The notes under the pieces are model-generated. The model had not been told where the DNA came from. It worked only from the letters and a program-made list of their open reading frames with translations, and ran no database searches. 64,000 nucleotides of DNA from an uncultured Actinomycetes bacterium. Lineage in GTDB: Bacteria; Actinomycetota; Thermoleophilia; RBG-16-64-13. Positions 1 through 11,014 of this stretch are shown piece by piece; position 1 is the stretch's first letter, and each line of letters starts with the position of its first letter. Made by a program: the position numbers and the translations under genes. The stretch lies in the NCBI GenBank assembly GCA_963713545.1, contig CAVQME010000001.1, positions 24,540-88,539 on the forward strand, written 5' to 3'.

Positions 1-1185
1 GGTGTCGCCCAGGCCGGTCACCGTGAGCACCCGGCCCCCCGCGGTCGTCAGCCGGTGGTCGATGCGACCGGTGGCCGCGTGGAAGACCTCCACCCCGTCC
101 ATGGCCTTGACCGTATCCAACCCTGTGATCACGTCGCCCTTGGAGCTCGAGGCTGGATAGCCGCGCGAGGCCATGACCACCCCCACGGCCGCTCCGTCGC
201 GCCATCGGGCTGTCGCAGGCAAAGCGTCGCCCCGCGCCGCCGCCCAGAGCAGCTCCAGCAGATCCGATTCGAGCCGAGGCAGCAGCGCCTGCGTCTCCGG
301 ATCCCCGAAACGGCAGTTGAACTCGAGCACTCGGGGCCCCGCCTTTGTCAGCATCAGCCCGGCGTAGAGGACGCCCCGGAAGTCGATGCCCCGCCGGGCG
401 AGCTCCGCCACCGTGGGACGAACGACCTCCTCGACCAGACGGTCGTACAGAGCGTCGTCCACGGCCGGGACTGGGGAGTACGATCCCATCCCCCCCGTGT
501 TCGAGCCCAAGTCTCCATCAAGAGCTCTCTTGTAGTCCTGGGCGGGAGCGAGGGGCAAGATCTGCCGGCCGCTCACGATGGAAAGGAGCGAGACCTCTTC
601 TCCCTCCAGATACTCCTCGATCAACACTGTGCTCGCCGCAGCCCCGAAACGCCGCTCCACGAAGCACTCAGCCAGAGCGGCTTCCGCCTCCTCGACGGTC
701 TGGGCGACGATCACCCCCTTGCCGGCCGCCAGGCCATCGGCCTTGACCACCACCGGCGCTCCGTGCTCATGCAGATAAGCCAGAGCCTGCTCGTGCCGGG
801 TGAACGTGGCTGCGCGACCCGTGGGCACGCCGGCGGCTTCCATCACTTCCTTGGCGAAGGCCTTGGAGCCCTCGAGCCGGGCTCCCGCAGCCCCGGGGCC
901 GAACACGGTGAAGCCACGATCCCGCAGCTGATCGGCCAGTCCGGCGACCAGCGGAGCCTCCGGGCCTATCACGGTGAGATCGATCTTCTCGCGCTCCACG
1001 AAGGCGACGAGGGCGGGGACGTCTTCAGCTCCCACCGCGACGGTCACGGCATCGTCCTCTATGCCGGGGTTGCCGGGAGCACCGATCAGCCGGCCTATCC
1101 GGGAACTCTTGGCCAGGGCGCGGACGAGCGCGTGCTCCCGCGCGCCCCCGCCGACCACCAGGACATCCAGCCGGTTAGAAGCCAT
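1..1185 (-). CDS. purD: Phosphoribosylamine-glycine ligase (PurD), 3' end outside window
   Basis: The minus-strand frame is open to the window edge, so it is absent from the ORF track. Reverse complement from 1185 reads MASNRLDVLVVGGGAREHALVRALAKS. Further on it reads LYAGLMLTKAGPRVLEFNCRFGD, the PurD ATP-grasp signature. Confidence 0.9.
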   Translation of the reverse strand, partial: MASNRLDVLVVGGGAREHALVRALAKSSRIGRLIGAPGNPGIEDDAVTVAVGAEDVPALVAFVEREKIDLTVIGPEAPLVAGLADQLRDRGFTVFGPGAAGARLEGSKAFAKEVMEAAGVPTGRAATFTRHEQALAYLHEHGAPVVVKADGLAAGKGVIVAQTVEEAEAALAECFVERRFGAAASTVLIEEYLEGEEVSLLSIVSGRQILPLAPAQDYKRALDGDLGSNTGGMGSYSPVPAVDDALYDRLVEEVVRPTVAELARRGIDFRGVLYAGLMLTKAGPRVLEFNCRFGDPETQALLPRLESDLLELLWAAARGDALPATARWRDGAAVGVVMASRGYPASSSKGDVITGLDTVKAMDGVEVFHAATGRIDHRLTTAGGRVLTVTGLGDT

Positions 1186-1238
1186 GGTCTAGTCCCTTTC
1201 CCCCGTGCGGGTGATCGCGCTGGTGGCCCTTGCTGCGC

Positions 1239-2744
<1,506 letters not shown>

Positions 2745-2867
2745 TCAGTTTACACTAGGGTCGCGGGCCGACCGAACCGCGGCAGTCGCGGGGAAGCGCG
2801 GAGCGACACCCCGGCGGACGCGCGAGCGAAGCGGCGGTACCCGCGGGCGCGGGTCGCCGGCCGGCCG

Positions 2868-4292
2868 CTACTCTCGGGCGGCCGCGACCGCGCGGGCGGC
2901 CACCAGCCCGGAGGCGGAGGCCTGCACCAGGCCTCGTGTGACCCCGGCTCCGTCGCCGACGGCGTAAAGACCCGAGACCGGCGTCTGAAGGTCGGCGCCC
3001 AGCGCCACCCGGGAGGAGTAGAACTTCACCTCGGCGCCGTAGAGGAGCGTATCTCGACCCCCCACACCTGGGAGGAGCGCCTCGAGGGCTTCCAACATAT
3101 CCATGAGGTCGCGCAGATGGCGGTACGGCAAAGCGAAGCTGAGATCGCCGGGGGTGGCGGCGCGCAGCGTCGGTTCCACCACGCTGCGCCCCAACCTCTG
3201 CGGAGTAGTTCGATGCCCGGCGCGCAGATCGCCCAAGCGCTGTACGAGGATGTCCTTGCCCAACATGTTCGCCAGCCGGGCGATGGATTTGCCATATTCG
3301 ATGGGTTCCTTGAAGGGCTCGGTAAAGCGGGTGGAGACGAGCAGGGCGAAGTTGGTGTTCGCGGTCTTGCGGTCGGCATTGGCGTAGCTGTGGCCGTTGA
3401 CAGTCACCGCGTCGCCCCAGCTCTCGGTGCAGACCACGCCGTGCGGGTTCATACAGAACGTCCGCACCTGATCCTCGAAATGCCGTGACGTATACAAGAG
3501 CTTGGGCTCATAAAGCTCGTCGGTGATCACGTCGGCCACCACCGCCGGGATCTCCACCCGCACCCCGATGTCAACGGCGTTGTTCACCAGGGGGATCCCC
3601 AGGCGCCCGGCCTCCCCGGTGAGCCAGGCCGAACCCTCTCTCCCCGGAGCAAGTATCACCACCGGACTCTCATAGGTCTCTCCCGACGCGGTCGTCACGC
3701 CGGTGACCGTACTCCCATCGGCACTCGCAGTGAGTTTGGGGGACGCGCTCGTCAGGACCTGCGCCACCATGGTGTGGGTCGCGATGTCGACCTTGTCTTC
3801 GAGCTCCGCCCTCATGGCGGCCAGCACTTCCGCCGCCCGCTCGGTCCCCAGGTGGCGCACCGGCGAGCGCACGAGACGGAGACCCTGGCGCGCTGCCAGG
3901 TCGGCCCAGCGGTCGAGCTCTTCCGGATCGTCCCCGTAGAGTCTGTCCGGGGCCCCGAACTCTCGGTAGACTCCATCGACATCGGCGATGAGCGCCGGCA
4001 ATACTGCGGGGTCCACGTACTCGCCCAGCCAGCCCCCCACCTCCGACCCCAGCGTGAGCTTCCCGTCAGAGAAGGCTCCCGCGCCTCCCCAGCCCGTGGT
4101 GATGTCGCAGGTGGGGCAGTGCGCGCACGAACCTGTCACCCGCGCCGGGCAGCTCCGCTCGGAGATGTCGGCGCCCTTCTCCAGGAGTAGGACCCGCAGC
4201 TCGGGATGGCGCGCCAGTTCGAGGGCGGCGAAGATGCCGGCCGGCCCCCCGCCGACGATGATCACGTCGTAGTGACCGTCGTTTCGAGCCAT
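2868..4292 (-). CDS. FAD-dependent oxidoreductase (uncharacterised NAD(FAD)-utilising dehydrogenase family)
   Basis: 474-aa ORF. The N-terminus YDVIIVGGGPAGIFAALEL is a dinucleotide-binding fold, followed by a Cys cluster CPARVTGSCAHCPTC. A GDGAG motif lies near the C-terminus. Confidence 0.8.
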   Translation of the reverse strand: MARNDGHYDVIIVGGGPAGIFAALELARHPELRVLLLEKGADISERSCPARVTGSCAHCPTCDITTGWGGAGAFSDGKLTLGSEVGGWLGEYVDPAVLPALIADVDGVYREFGAPDRLYGDDPEELDRWADLAARQGLRLVRSPVRHLGTERAAEVLAAMRAELEDKVDIATHTMVAQVLTSASPKLTASADGSTVTGVTTASGETYESPVVILAPGREGSAWLTGEAGRLGIPLVNNAVDIGVRVEIPAVVADVITDELYEPKLLYTSRHFEDQVRTFCMNPHGVVCTESWGDAVTVNGHSYANADRKTANTNFALLVSTRFTEPFKEPIEYGKSIARLANMLGKDILVQRLGDLRAGHRTTPQRLGRSVVEPTLRAATPGDLSFALPYRHLRDLMDMLEALEALLPGVGGRDTLLYGAEVKFYSSRVALGADLQTPVSGLYAVGDGAGVTRGLVQASASGLVAARAVAAARE

Positions 4293-4300
4293 CGCCGGTC

Positions 4301-5677
4301 TTAGGGAGTGAGACGCTTGTCCGCCAGGTCGGCGAACCGCGTGTAGTTCTGGATGAAGACCATCTTGCAGTCGCCGATAGGCCCGTTGCGCTGCTTGCCC
4401 ACAATGATCTCGGCCGTGCCTTTATCCGGACTGTCCCGGTTGTAGACCTCGTCACGGTAGATGAACAAGACCAAGTCCGCGTCCTGTTCGATCGCGCCGG
4501 ATTCTCTCAGATCCGACAGCACCGGCTTGTTGCCCGCCCGCTGCTCCACCTGCCGCGATAGCTGCGAAAGCGCCAGTACCGGCACTTCCAGCTCGCGGGC
4601 CAGGATCTTCAGCCCTCGCGAGATCCGGGAGATCTCCTGCTGGCGGCTCTCGGCACTGGTGTCGCCCATCATGAGCTGCAGGTAGTCGACGATGACAAGG
4701 CCCAGGTTCTTCTCCTTGGCTCTGAGGCGCCGGGCCTTAGCCCGGATCTCCATCAAGTTGAGAGAGGCGCTATCGTCGACGAAGATCGGCGCGGTGTGCA
4801 GGGGGGTGCAGGCAGCCGCAAGCTTGCTCCACTCCTGGGGCTGCAGGATCCCGCGCCGCACCCGCCAGCTGTCCACCCGAGCCTCCGAGCACATCATCCG
4901 GTTGACGACTTCCATCTTGGACATCTCCAGGCTGAAGACGGCCACTCCCTTGCCCTGGTCGACGGCCACGTTGCGGGCGATGTTGAGGGCCAAGGCGGTC
5001 TTCCCCATCGACGGCCGGGCCGCCAGGATAACCAGATTGGAGGGTTGGAACCCGCTGATGATGGCGTCCAGGTCGCGGAAACCGGTCTGGCAACCCACGG
5101 TATGGTGCCCTTCCGACATGGTCCGCTCCAATTCGGCGAAGCTCTCGCTGATCAGCTCGCCGATGGGCTCGAACTCTCCGCCCACGCGGGTCTGCGAGAT
5201 CTCGAAGACCATCTGCTCGGCCCGGTCGATGAGATCCATGGGCGGCTGCTCCCGCCGGTACCCCATCTCGGTGATCTCGCCGCCCACCTTGATGAGCGAG
5301 CGCAGGTAATAGTTCTCGCGTACGATCTCCGCGTAATGCCGGGCGTTCGTGGCCGCGGGGACCGCGGTGGTCAGACTGTGGATGAACGCCCTCCCCCCCA
5401 CTGCGTCCAAGCTGGCCCGATTGGCCAGTTCCTCGCTGACGGTGATGGGGTCGACCGGCTCGCCTCGCGAGAACAGCTCTTCGATGACTTCGAATATGCG
5501 CTGGTGTGACTGCCGGTAGAAGTGATGCGGGCGGACGATCTCGCTCACACCGGGGATGACGTTGGGCGTGAGCATGCTGGCGCCCAGCACAGAGATCTCA
5601 GCGTCGAGGTTCTGCGGAAGCAGGTAGTCGCCCCCGCCTTGACCGTCGCTGCCTCCGCTGCCCGCCATCATCTCCAC
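4301..5677 (-). CDS. dnaB: Replicative DNA helicase DnaB
   Basis: 458-aa ORF with the N-terminal LPQNLDAEISVLG motif, Walker A ARPSMGKTALALN and the C-terminal RecA-like region. GGAGGAGGGG ribosome-binding site upstream. No intein. Confidence 0.97.
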   Translation of the reverse strand: MEMMAGSGGSDGQGGGDYLLPQNLDAEISVLGASMLTPNVIPGVSEIVRPHHFYRQSHQRIFEVIEELFSRGEPVDPITVSEELANRASLDAVGGRAFIHSLTTAVPAATNARHYAEIVRENYYLRSLIKVGGEITEMGYRREQPPMDLIDRAEQMVFEISQTRVGGEFEPIGELISESFAELERTMSEGHHTVGCQTGFRDLDAIISGFQPSNLVILAARPSMGKTALALNIARNVAVDQGKGVAVFSLEMSKMEVVNRMMCSEARVDSWRVRRGILQPQEWSKLAAACTPLHTAPIFVDDSASLNLMEIRAKARRLRAKEKNLGLVIVDYLQLMMGDTSAESRQQEISRISRGLKILARELEVPVLALSQLSRQVEQRAGNKPVLSDLRESGAIEQDADLVLFIYRDEVYNRDSPDKGTAEIIVGKQRNGPIGDCKMVFIQNYTRFADLADKRLTP

Positions 5678-5718
5678 CTGAGCCCCTCCTCCCCCGGGGG
5701 GACGAAATCCGCTCTAAC

Positions 5719-5879
5719 AACTCGTTTCAGAATGAAGCCGCGGCCGCCTAGTGCGCCCTGGGCGGCACGATAGTGCGTCCTCGGTCCCGCAAATAGCGCT
5801 GCTATTCGCGCTCCCTGCGTCCTTCTCTGGCGCGTGCCCAGCCCGTCCCTGGCGGCGGAGCTTCATTCTGAAACGAGTT
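5719..5879. repeat. Perfect 20-bp inverted repeat bracketing a ~121-nt GC-rich core in the rplI-dnaB intergenic region
   Basis: AACTCGTTTCAGAATGAAGC at 5719-5738 is the exact reverse complement of GCTTCATTCTGAAACGAGTT at 5860-5879. Inner helices also occur: GCCGCC/GGCGGC at 5743-5748 and 5761-5766, and AATAGC/GCTATT at 5792-5797 and 5801-5806. The arms are AT-richer than their surroundings. Confidence 0.8.
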
Positions 5880-6341
5880 CTAGGACTTGTGTTCCTCCGG
5901 GACCACCATGACCTTGACCTCGGCCGGCTCCACGCTGCTATGGACATCCACCTTGACTATGTACGTCCCGACCAGCTTGATGGGCTCCTCCAGGTCGACG
6001 TTGCGCTTGTCCACCCGGATCTTGCGGGCGGCGTATATCGCGTTCGCGATGTCCTGGTTGGTCACCGAGCCGAAGAGCCGGTCGGCGGAGCCGACGGGCG
6101 CCGGAATGGTAAGCACGGTCTTCGAGAGGAGGTCTCTCGTCTCGTCGGCCCTCTCCGCTTCGCGCCGGGCGTGAGCGGCCTTCTCTTCCATGATCTGCCG
6201 CACGACGGCGACCCGGGCCGGGGTAGCCATCTCCGCCAGCTTGCGGGGGAACAGAAAGTTGCGAGCGTAGCCGTCCGACACGTTCGCCAATTCGCCCTTC
6301 TTGCCCAGCTTATCCACGTCCTGCAAAAGGATTATCTCCAT
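5880..6341 (-). CDS. rplI: 50S ribosomal protein L9
   Basis: 153-aa [39 protein letters not shown] is the typical L9 N-domain. The position between rpsR and dnaB is conserved. Confidence 0.95.
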   Translation of the reverse strand: MEIILLQDVDKLGKKGELANVSDGYARNFLFPRKLAEMATPARVAVVRQIMEEKAAHARREAERADETRDLLSKTVLTIPAPVGSADRLFGSVTNQDIANAIYAARKIRVDKRNVDLEEPIKLVGTYIVKVDVHSSVEPAEVKVMVVPEEHKS

Positions 6342-6360
6342 ATCTCACTCCTTGTCTATC

Positions 6361-7362
6361 TCACCCCAAGGGACCCGCACCGGGGCTCTTGAGAGCAAAA
6401 CGCTTCCGGTAATCGAACCAGGTGTCGAACAGCCCGGCCAGAGCCGTCACATGGACCAGCACTTGCCCCACTATCCCCGCTATGAAGAGCGCCGCCCATG
6501 ACCCCGGACGCATCCGGCGGGTGACGACGAACCACCTCAGGACGGCCATCCCCTGCACGAAGAACAGCGTCTGCGACACAAGCAGGATGTTGATGCCAAC
6601 ATACAGCACGACGGCCTGCCAGTCACCGTCACCCCGCGCAAACAGAAGCGTGGCCAGTCCCGCTATGGACGCATAGGCCACCGCCCAGTGCATCCGGAAC
6701 CGGGATAGTGAGAGACCCACCGCTACTTTCTCCCGCAACCGCGGGAACAGTAGATAGGCCAGACCCATGGAGCAGCCGGCCAGCAGGATCGCCCCCATAC
6801 CCAGAAGCCCCGGGGCAAGATAGGGGAGGATGTCCACGAACCGTCGCAACAGGTCGGAGACCGAATCCGCAGTGGCCGTCCCCACACCCATCTGGACGTA
6901 GAGCGCGGCCGTCTCCTCGATGGACGCATACGCGCTCTCGCGCAGATCAGTCAGGTTGACGCCGAACACCAGCCACAGCGCCATCCCCCAGGCCACGAAC
7001 GCGAAGAGCGCCGCGCCTGCCGTCGAAGCCAGGCTGCGGGTGAAAGCCCATTCCCTCCGCAGAGCCTGGCCCAGTGCCGCCCCCATAGAGAGCACGAGCA
7101 AAAAGGCCAGCAGGGCGGAGCTCAGGCCACCGACGAAATACAGCAGTCCCCCACTCACCACAGCGACGATCGCGCCGCTCAGCGCACCCCTACTGGCTAC
7201 GACATGGACTGCCGGTAACACCAGGAAAGGGGTCACGATGGGCTGGACGAACGGGAGGATCAGCAAGCAGAGCCCCATGATGACGGTCGCTGCCGTCGCC
7301 TTGGCCACGGGCACAAGCGCGACTGAGGACGACGCCTTCACGACCCGACCTTCACGGCCCAA
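6361..7362 (-). CDS. Polytopic membrane protein, YybS/DUF2232-like
   Basis: 333-aa ORF that is hydrophobic throughout with multiple predicted TM helices. It occupies the slot that yybS takes between rpsR and rplI in Firmicutes-type clusters. Confidence 0.7.
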   Translation of the reverse strand: MGREGRVVKASSSVALVPVAKATAATVIMGLCLLILPFVQPIVTPFLVLPAVHVVASRGALSGAIVAVVSGGLLYFVGGLSSALLAFLLVLSMGAALGQALRREWAFTRSLASTAGAALFAFVAWGMALWLVFGVNLTDLRESAYASIEETAALYVQMGVGTATADSVSDLLRRFVDILPYLAPGLLGMGAILLAGCSMGLAYLLFPRLREKVAVGLSLSRFRMHWAVAYASIAGLATLLFARGDGDWQAVVLYVGINILLVSQTLFFVQGMAVLRWFVVTRRMRPGSWAALFIAGIVGQVLVHVTALAGLFDTWFDYRKRFALKSPGAGPLG

Positions 7363-7376
7363 CCTTCACAGTCCGG

Positions 7377-7643
7377 CTATCCCTCTACCGGCTGCGTATA
7401 GGGAAGCAGTGCGACCTCACGAGCCCGCTTGATCGCGACGGCGACCTGCCGCTGATGCCGCCGGCACGCGCCGGTGGTGCGGCGCGACCGTATCTTGCCT
7501 CGCTCCGACATGAAGCGGCGGAGCGTGCCGTAGTCTTTGTAGTCGACTTCTTCCACACCTTCCTTGCAGAAAAAGCAATACTTGCGCCGCCGCGAGCCGG
7601 TCGTGGGCCGCGTGCGCCGCTGCTGCTTCTTGGGATTCGCCAC
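7377..7643 (-). CDS. rpsR: 30S ribosomal protein S18
   Basis: 88-aa ORF reading [62 protein letters not shown]. Confidence 0.95.
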   Translation of the reverse strand: MANPKKQQRRTRPTTGSRRRKYCFFCKEGVEEVDYKDYGTLRRFMSERGKIRSRRTTGACRRHQRQVAVAIKRAREVALLPYTQPVEG

Positions 7644-7666
7644 CTTCTCTACCTCCTTGGAGACGA

Positions 7667-8110
7667 CTAGAACGGGATGTCGTCGCCCCCGAAATCGATG
7701 TCACGAAAATCGTCCTGCGCCGCCGCGTCGGACGAAGACTGAGCCCCTCCCCGGAACGACGGCTCGCGCGTCTCGCCCGGTGCCCCGACGAAGACCACGT
7801 TCTCTCCGATGATCTCCACCTTGCTGCGCTTGGTACCGTCCTGGGCATCCCAGGTGCGCTGTTCCAGACGACCGTCCACCACTACCTGGCGCCCCTTGGC
7901 GAGATAGCGAGCGCAGCTTTCGCCTTGTTGACCCCAGACCACTACGTCGAAGAAACTCGCCTTGTCCACCCACTCTCCCGACGCATCCTTGTACCTTCGC
8001 CCCACCGCCACACCGAACTGACACACGGAGGTGCCATTCGGAGTCTGGCGGAGCTCTGGGTCGCGGGTCAGATTACCCACTAAGGTCACGTGTGCGATGC
8101 CGCGAGCCAT
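7667..8110 (-). CDS. ssb: Single-stranded DNA-binding protein
   Basis: 147-aa ORF with an OB-fold N-terminus ([29 protein letters not shown]) and the acidic C-terminal tip [11 protein letters not shown]. Confidence 0.95.
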   Translation of the reverse strand: MARGIAHVTLVGNLTRDPELRQTPNGTSVCQFGVAVGRRYKDASGEWVDKASFFDVVVWGQQGESCARYLAKGRQVVVDGRLEQRTWDAQDGTKRSKVEIIGENVVFVGAPGETREPSFRGGAQSSSDAAAQDDFRDIDFGGDDIPF

Positions 8111-8125
8111 CTTCTTCTCCTTCGA

Positions 8126-8524
8126 CTAGGCTTCTTCAGCAGCCGCTGGCGCGGATGCCGCCGAGGCAGCCGCAGCCGGGGCAGCCGCAGCAGGGGCAGC
8201 AACCGCGGGGGTTGCCGCGGGCTGCTGGACGCTGAAAGGCTTTTCATGGCGGATGGGCATGAAGCGCAGCACGCTGTCGGTGATGCCGAGTACCCGGGTC
8301 ACTTCGTCGAGGGTCTTCGGCGTCGCCTCGAAGTAGAGGATGTAGTAGACGCCGTCGAAGACGTCCTTGATCTCGTACGCGAGACGTCTCTTGCCCCACT
8401 CGTCGATCTTCACGATGACGCCCTGGTCGCCCGTGATGATCTCTTTGGTGCGATCCAGCACCGCGGTTCGTTCATCATCCGGCACATCCGCGCGCAGGAT
8501 GAGAACCAGCTCATAGCTGTTCAG
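8126..8524 (-). CDS. rpsF: 30S ribosomal protein S6, probable CTG start
   Basis: The track ORF (8126-8485) lacks the conserved S6 N-terminus. The same frame stays open upstream and reads LNSYELVLILRADVPDDERT. The only start candidate is CTG at 8524-8522, 6 nt after GGAGGTGA. The tail is Ala-rich. Confidence 0.85.
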   Translation of the reverse strand: MNSYELVLILRADVPDDERTAVLDRTKEIITGDQGVIVKIDEWGKRRLAYEIKDVFDGVYYILYFEATPKTLDEVTRVLGITDSVLRFMPIRHEKPFSVQQPAATPAVAAPAAAAPAAAASAASAPAAAEEA

Positions 8525-8665
8525 TTTGGGTCACCTCCTACGGTCTTGAGCGGCCCCGGCTTCTCTGCCGGAGCAGGGGTGCAGTATGGAATTGTACTCG
8601 CGCCTCCGGACAGGACTATCGGGTCCATCGTCCACTGCTGGGGGCGCGAAGGAGAGAGTATACAC

Positions 8666-8708
8666 CGAGGGCGCTGGCACACCAAGACTGGTGCAGCCAG
8701 CGCCCTCG
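8666..8708 (-). terminator. Strong GC-rich hairpin downstream of ccdA (candidate terminator or RNA structure)
   Basis: CGAGGGCGCTGGCACACC, then loop AAGACT, then GGTGCAGCCAGCGCCCTCG. This gives an ~18-bp stem with a small bulge. There is no clear U-tract. Confidence 0.4.
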
Positions 8709-8907
8709 CGCCCCCCCGGCGGACTGAAAGGAGGGCGTCGCAGCTGATCACGCTGCGACCCCAACCCAGTCGCTCCTGGGACGGTGAACGGGACCTTCGA
8801 GTTCCGCAACAGATGAGTCGATGGCCGGGCGCAATCCCGAGCCCGCGCGCTGGTTTCGACGGCACACGATGAGACCCCATTCTGACGATGGACCTCGTCA
8901 TTCGGGC

Positions 8908-9630
8908 TCAGAAGAACGGCAACCCCAGGCCCGACAGCCGCGCCGAAAGCCAGCTGAACTGCCCTCCGATCAGGAGAGCTCCGTAGATCACCAAGATCGC
9001 CCCACACACTATCTGGATGACCCGCAGATGTCTCCGTATCCGGGAGAACGCTCGAAGCGCCCGGCCCACGAAGAAGCCTGCCAGCAAGAACGGTATGCCT
9101 AGCCCCAGAGAATAGACGAACAGCAGCGCGGCCCCTCCCGCCGGGTCGCCACCGGACGCGGCCATGGTCAGTATCGCAGCCAGAACGGGGCCGACGCAGG
9201 GCGTCCACCCGAAGGCGAAGGCGATCCCCATGACGAAGGCTCCCGTGGGCCCCCTCGGTACCTTGCCGAGGAGAGGACGCACGTCTTTCTGCATGAAGCT
9301 GGGCGCCGTCAGACCGGCGATGATCAGACCCAGGACGACCAGGAGCGCGCCCGCGATGATCTGCAGCAGCCTCTGATTGGCCACGAGCACGCCCGCGAAC
9401 GAGAAACCGGCTCCCAGCAAGGTGAATACCACGGAGAAACCGAGCACGAAGGCAAGCGTGCTCAGGATGACGCGCCGGTCCCCCTCCCGCAGTTCCTCGA
9501 CACTCAGGCCGGAGACGAACGAGAGGTAGGCCGGAAGGAGGGGAAGGACGCAAGGGCTGAGGAAGCTGGCCGCCCCGCCCGCCAACGCCACGAGGAAGGC
9601 GGTCAAACCGAGATCAGTCGGTAAGGTCAT
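8908..9630 (-). CDS. ccdA: Cytochrome c biogenesis / thiol-disulfide electron transporter CcdA (DsbD family)
   Basis: 240-aa polytopic ORF with the N-terminal SPCVLPLLPAYLSF and a second TPCVGPVLAAIL motif, the two conserved Cys-containing half-sites. Confidence 0.9.
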   Translation of the reverse strand: MTLPTDLGLTAFLVALAGGAASFLSPCVLPLLPAYLSFVSGLSVEELREGDRRVILSTLAFVLGFSVVFTLLGAGFSFAGVLVANQRLLQIIAGALLVVLGLIIAGLTAPSFMQKDVRPLLGKVPRGPTGAFVMGIAFAFGWTPCVGPVLAAILTMAASGGDPAGGAALLFVYSLGLGIPFLLAGFFVGRALRAFSRIRRHLRVIQIVCGAILVIYGALLIGGQFSWLSARLSGLGLPFF

Positions 9631-10189
9631 CCACCAGGCTGGAAAGCTCGTCGGCAGTCATGCCGCCGACCACGGTCTTCGCCACCTCTCCCTCAGAATC
9701 GAGGACCACTATGGTGGGGATCGCCCGCACCCCATAGTCCGCAGCGACGTTGTCTTCATCGAGCATCACGGGAAACGTGTACCCGCCCTCGCTCATGAAC
9801 TCGCGCATGTCGTCCTCGCCGTCGCTCACCGCTAGGACCAACACTCCCGCTCTTTCCGCTTCTTCTCGATAGAACCTATCGAGTTCGGGCGCCTCCGCCT
9901 CGCAGGCCCCTCACCAGCTGGCCATGAAGGCCAGCACCAGGGGCTTGCCCCGGTATTGGCCGAGCGAGACCTCCGTCCCATCGAGCGTTACGCCGGAGAA
10001 ACCGGCGTCGGCTTGGGCAGTCGTCGCGGTCGCGCCGCCCGTCGAGGAGGTGGCGGGAGATCCGCAAGCCACGGAGAGGACCGCGATGAGAGCGACCAGG
10101 AACGCCGCCATCCCCGCGGTGATAGCCAGAGAACTGCGCCTGCCCCGCACCGGTCTCACAGCATCGGATCTCACAGCGTTGGATCTCAC
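9614..10189 (-). CDS. TlpA/ResA-like thiol:disulfide oxidoreductase lipoprotein with in-frame TGA at the active site (candidate selenoprotein, W-U-G-A-C)
   Basis: Track ORFs 9911-10189 and 9614-9844 are in the same frame; the 66-nt gap is 22 codons. The joined product reads ...GKPLVLAFMASW[TGA]GACEAEAPELDRFY...VRAIPTIVVLD.... This is the thioredoxin-fold FWASWCGPC context with TGA (9913-9911) replacing the first Cys. The N-terminal signal ends in VAC, a lipobox-like sequence. Confidence 0.7.
9865..9883 (-). other. Candidate bacterial SECIS-like hairpin downstream of the ResA-like UGA
   Basis: On the mRNA: CUCGAUAG-GUU-CUAUCGAG, a perfect 8-bp stem with a G/U apical loop. It starts 27 nt after the UGA. 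An alternative bulged GC helix lies immediately after the UGA. Confidence 0.4.
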
Positions 10190-10204
10190 AGCGTCACCCG
10201 ACCG

Positions 10205-11014
10205 TCACCGGGCCTTGCGCCCCGTCGAAGCGGTAGCGGCCACCGGAGGGACGCTCTCCTCGCCGCCCAATACCGGGCGAAGTCGTCCGTAGGTCTCGAA
10301 GTACCACATCCCGACGATGCCGATGACGAAAAGCGCCACGGCGATCCACTGCTGCTGGGTGAGCCCCAGGAAGACCGCCTCGTTGGTGCGCACGAACTCC
10401 ACCAGGAAGCGCTCGATCCCGGCGAGCATCAGATACGCGAAGATCAAGGGACCTTCGCGCTTGAAACGGGGACTGATGACCCACACGAGCAAGGCAAAGA
10501 TCACCAGTGAGGCCGCAATCTCGTAGAGCTGGGTCGGATGCACCTTCACGGTCGTAGGCGGGAGACCTTGGGGAAAGGACATTCCCCAAGGGAGATCGGT
10601 GGGCACGCCGTAATCGTCGCCCCTGAGAAAGCAGCCCATCCGGCCCACCGCGTAGCCTACGGCTACCGCCGGACCACCCGAGTCCATGACGGCCGCGAGC
10701 CGCTCTTTCGAAAGCAGCGTGACCACGACCACGGCCACGATGGCGCCGAAAAGCCCGCCGAACCAGACCAGGCCCCCTCCGCTGAGGAGGTTGCCCGGCC
10801 ATTCGTCGGGATGGAGGATCAAATAGTGGATCTTGGCCCCGAGCAGACCGCCCACCACACAGGCGATGAGGAGCCCGTAGATGAAATCGGGCTTGACGCC
10901 TCGCTGTTTGAACTGCCAATGCGCGACGAAACCGGCGGAGATGAACGCGAGAGCCATCATGACCCCGAAGGAGTTCATCGTGAACCCGCCGATATGAAAC
11001 AGCTCAGGGTACAT
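10205..11014 (-). CDS. lgt: Prolipoprotein diacylglyceryl transferase
   Basis: 269-aa ORF. The N-terminus MYPELFHIGGFTMNSFGVMMALAF and the polytopic profile are typical of Lgt. Confidence 0.95.
   Translation of the reverse strand: MYPELFHIGGFTMNSFGVMMALAFISAGFVAHWQFKQRGVKPDFIYGLLIACVVGGLLGAKIHYLILHPDEWPGNLLSGGGLVWFGGLFGAIVAVVVVTLLSKERLAAVMDSGGPAVAVGYAVGRMGCFLRGDDYGVPTDLPWGMSFPQGLPPTTVKVHPTQLYEIAASLVIFALLVWVISPRFKREGPLIFAYLMLAGIERFLVEFVRTNEAVFLGLTQQQWIAVALFVIGIVGMWYFETYGRLRPVLGGEESVPPVAATASTGRKAR

Noticed and set aside
5719-5879. Interpretation of the rplI-dnaB inverted repeat as a bona fide MITE
   Set aside because: There is no flanking target-site duplication and no second copy in this window. 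It is kept as an open structural observation rather than called a mobile element.
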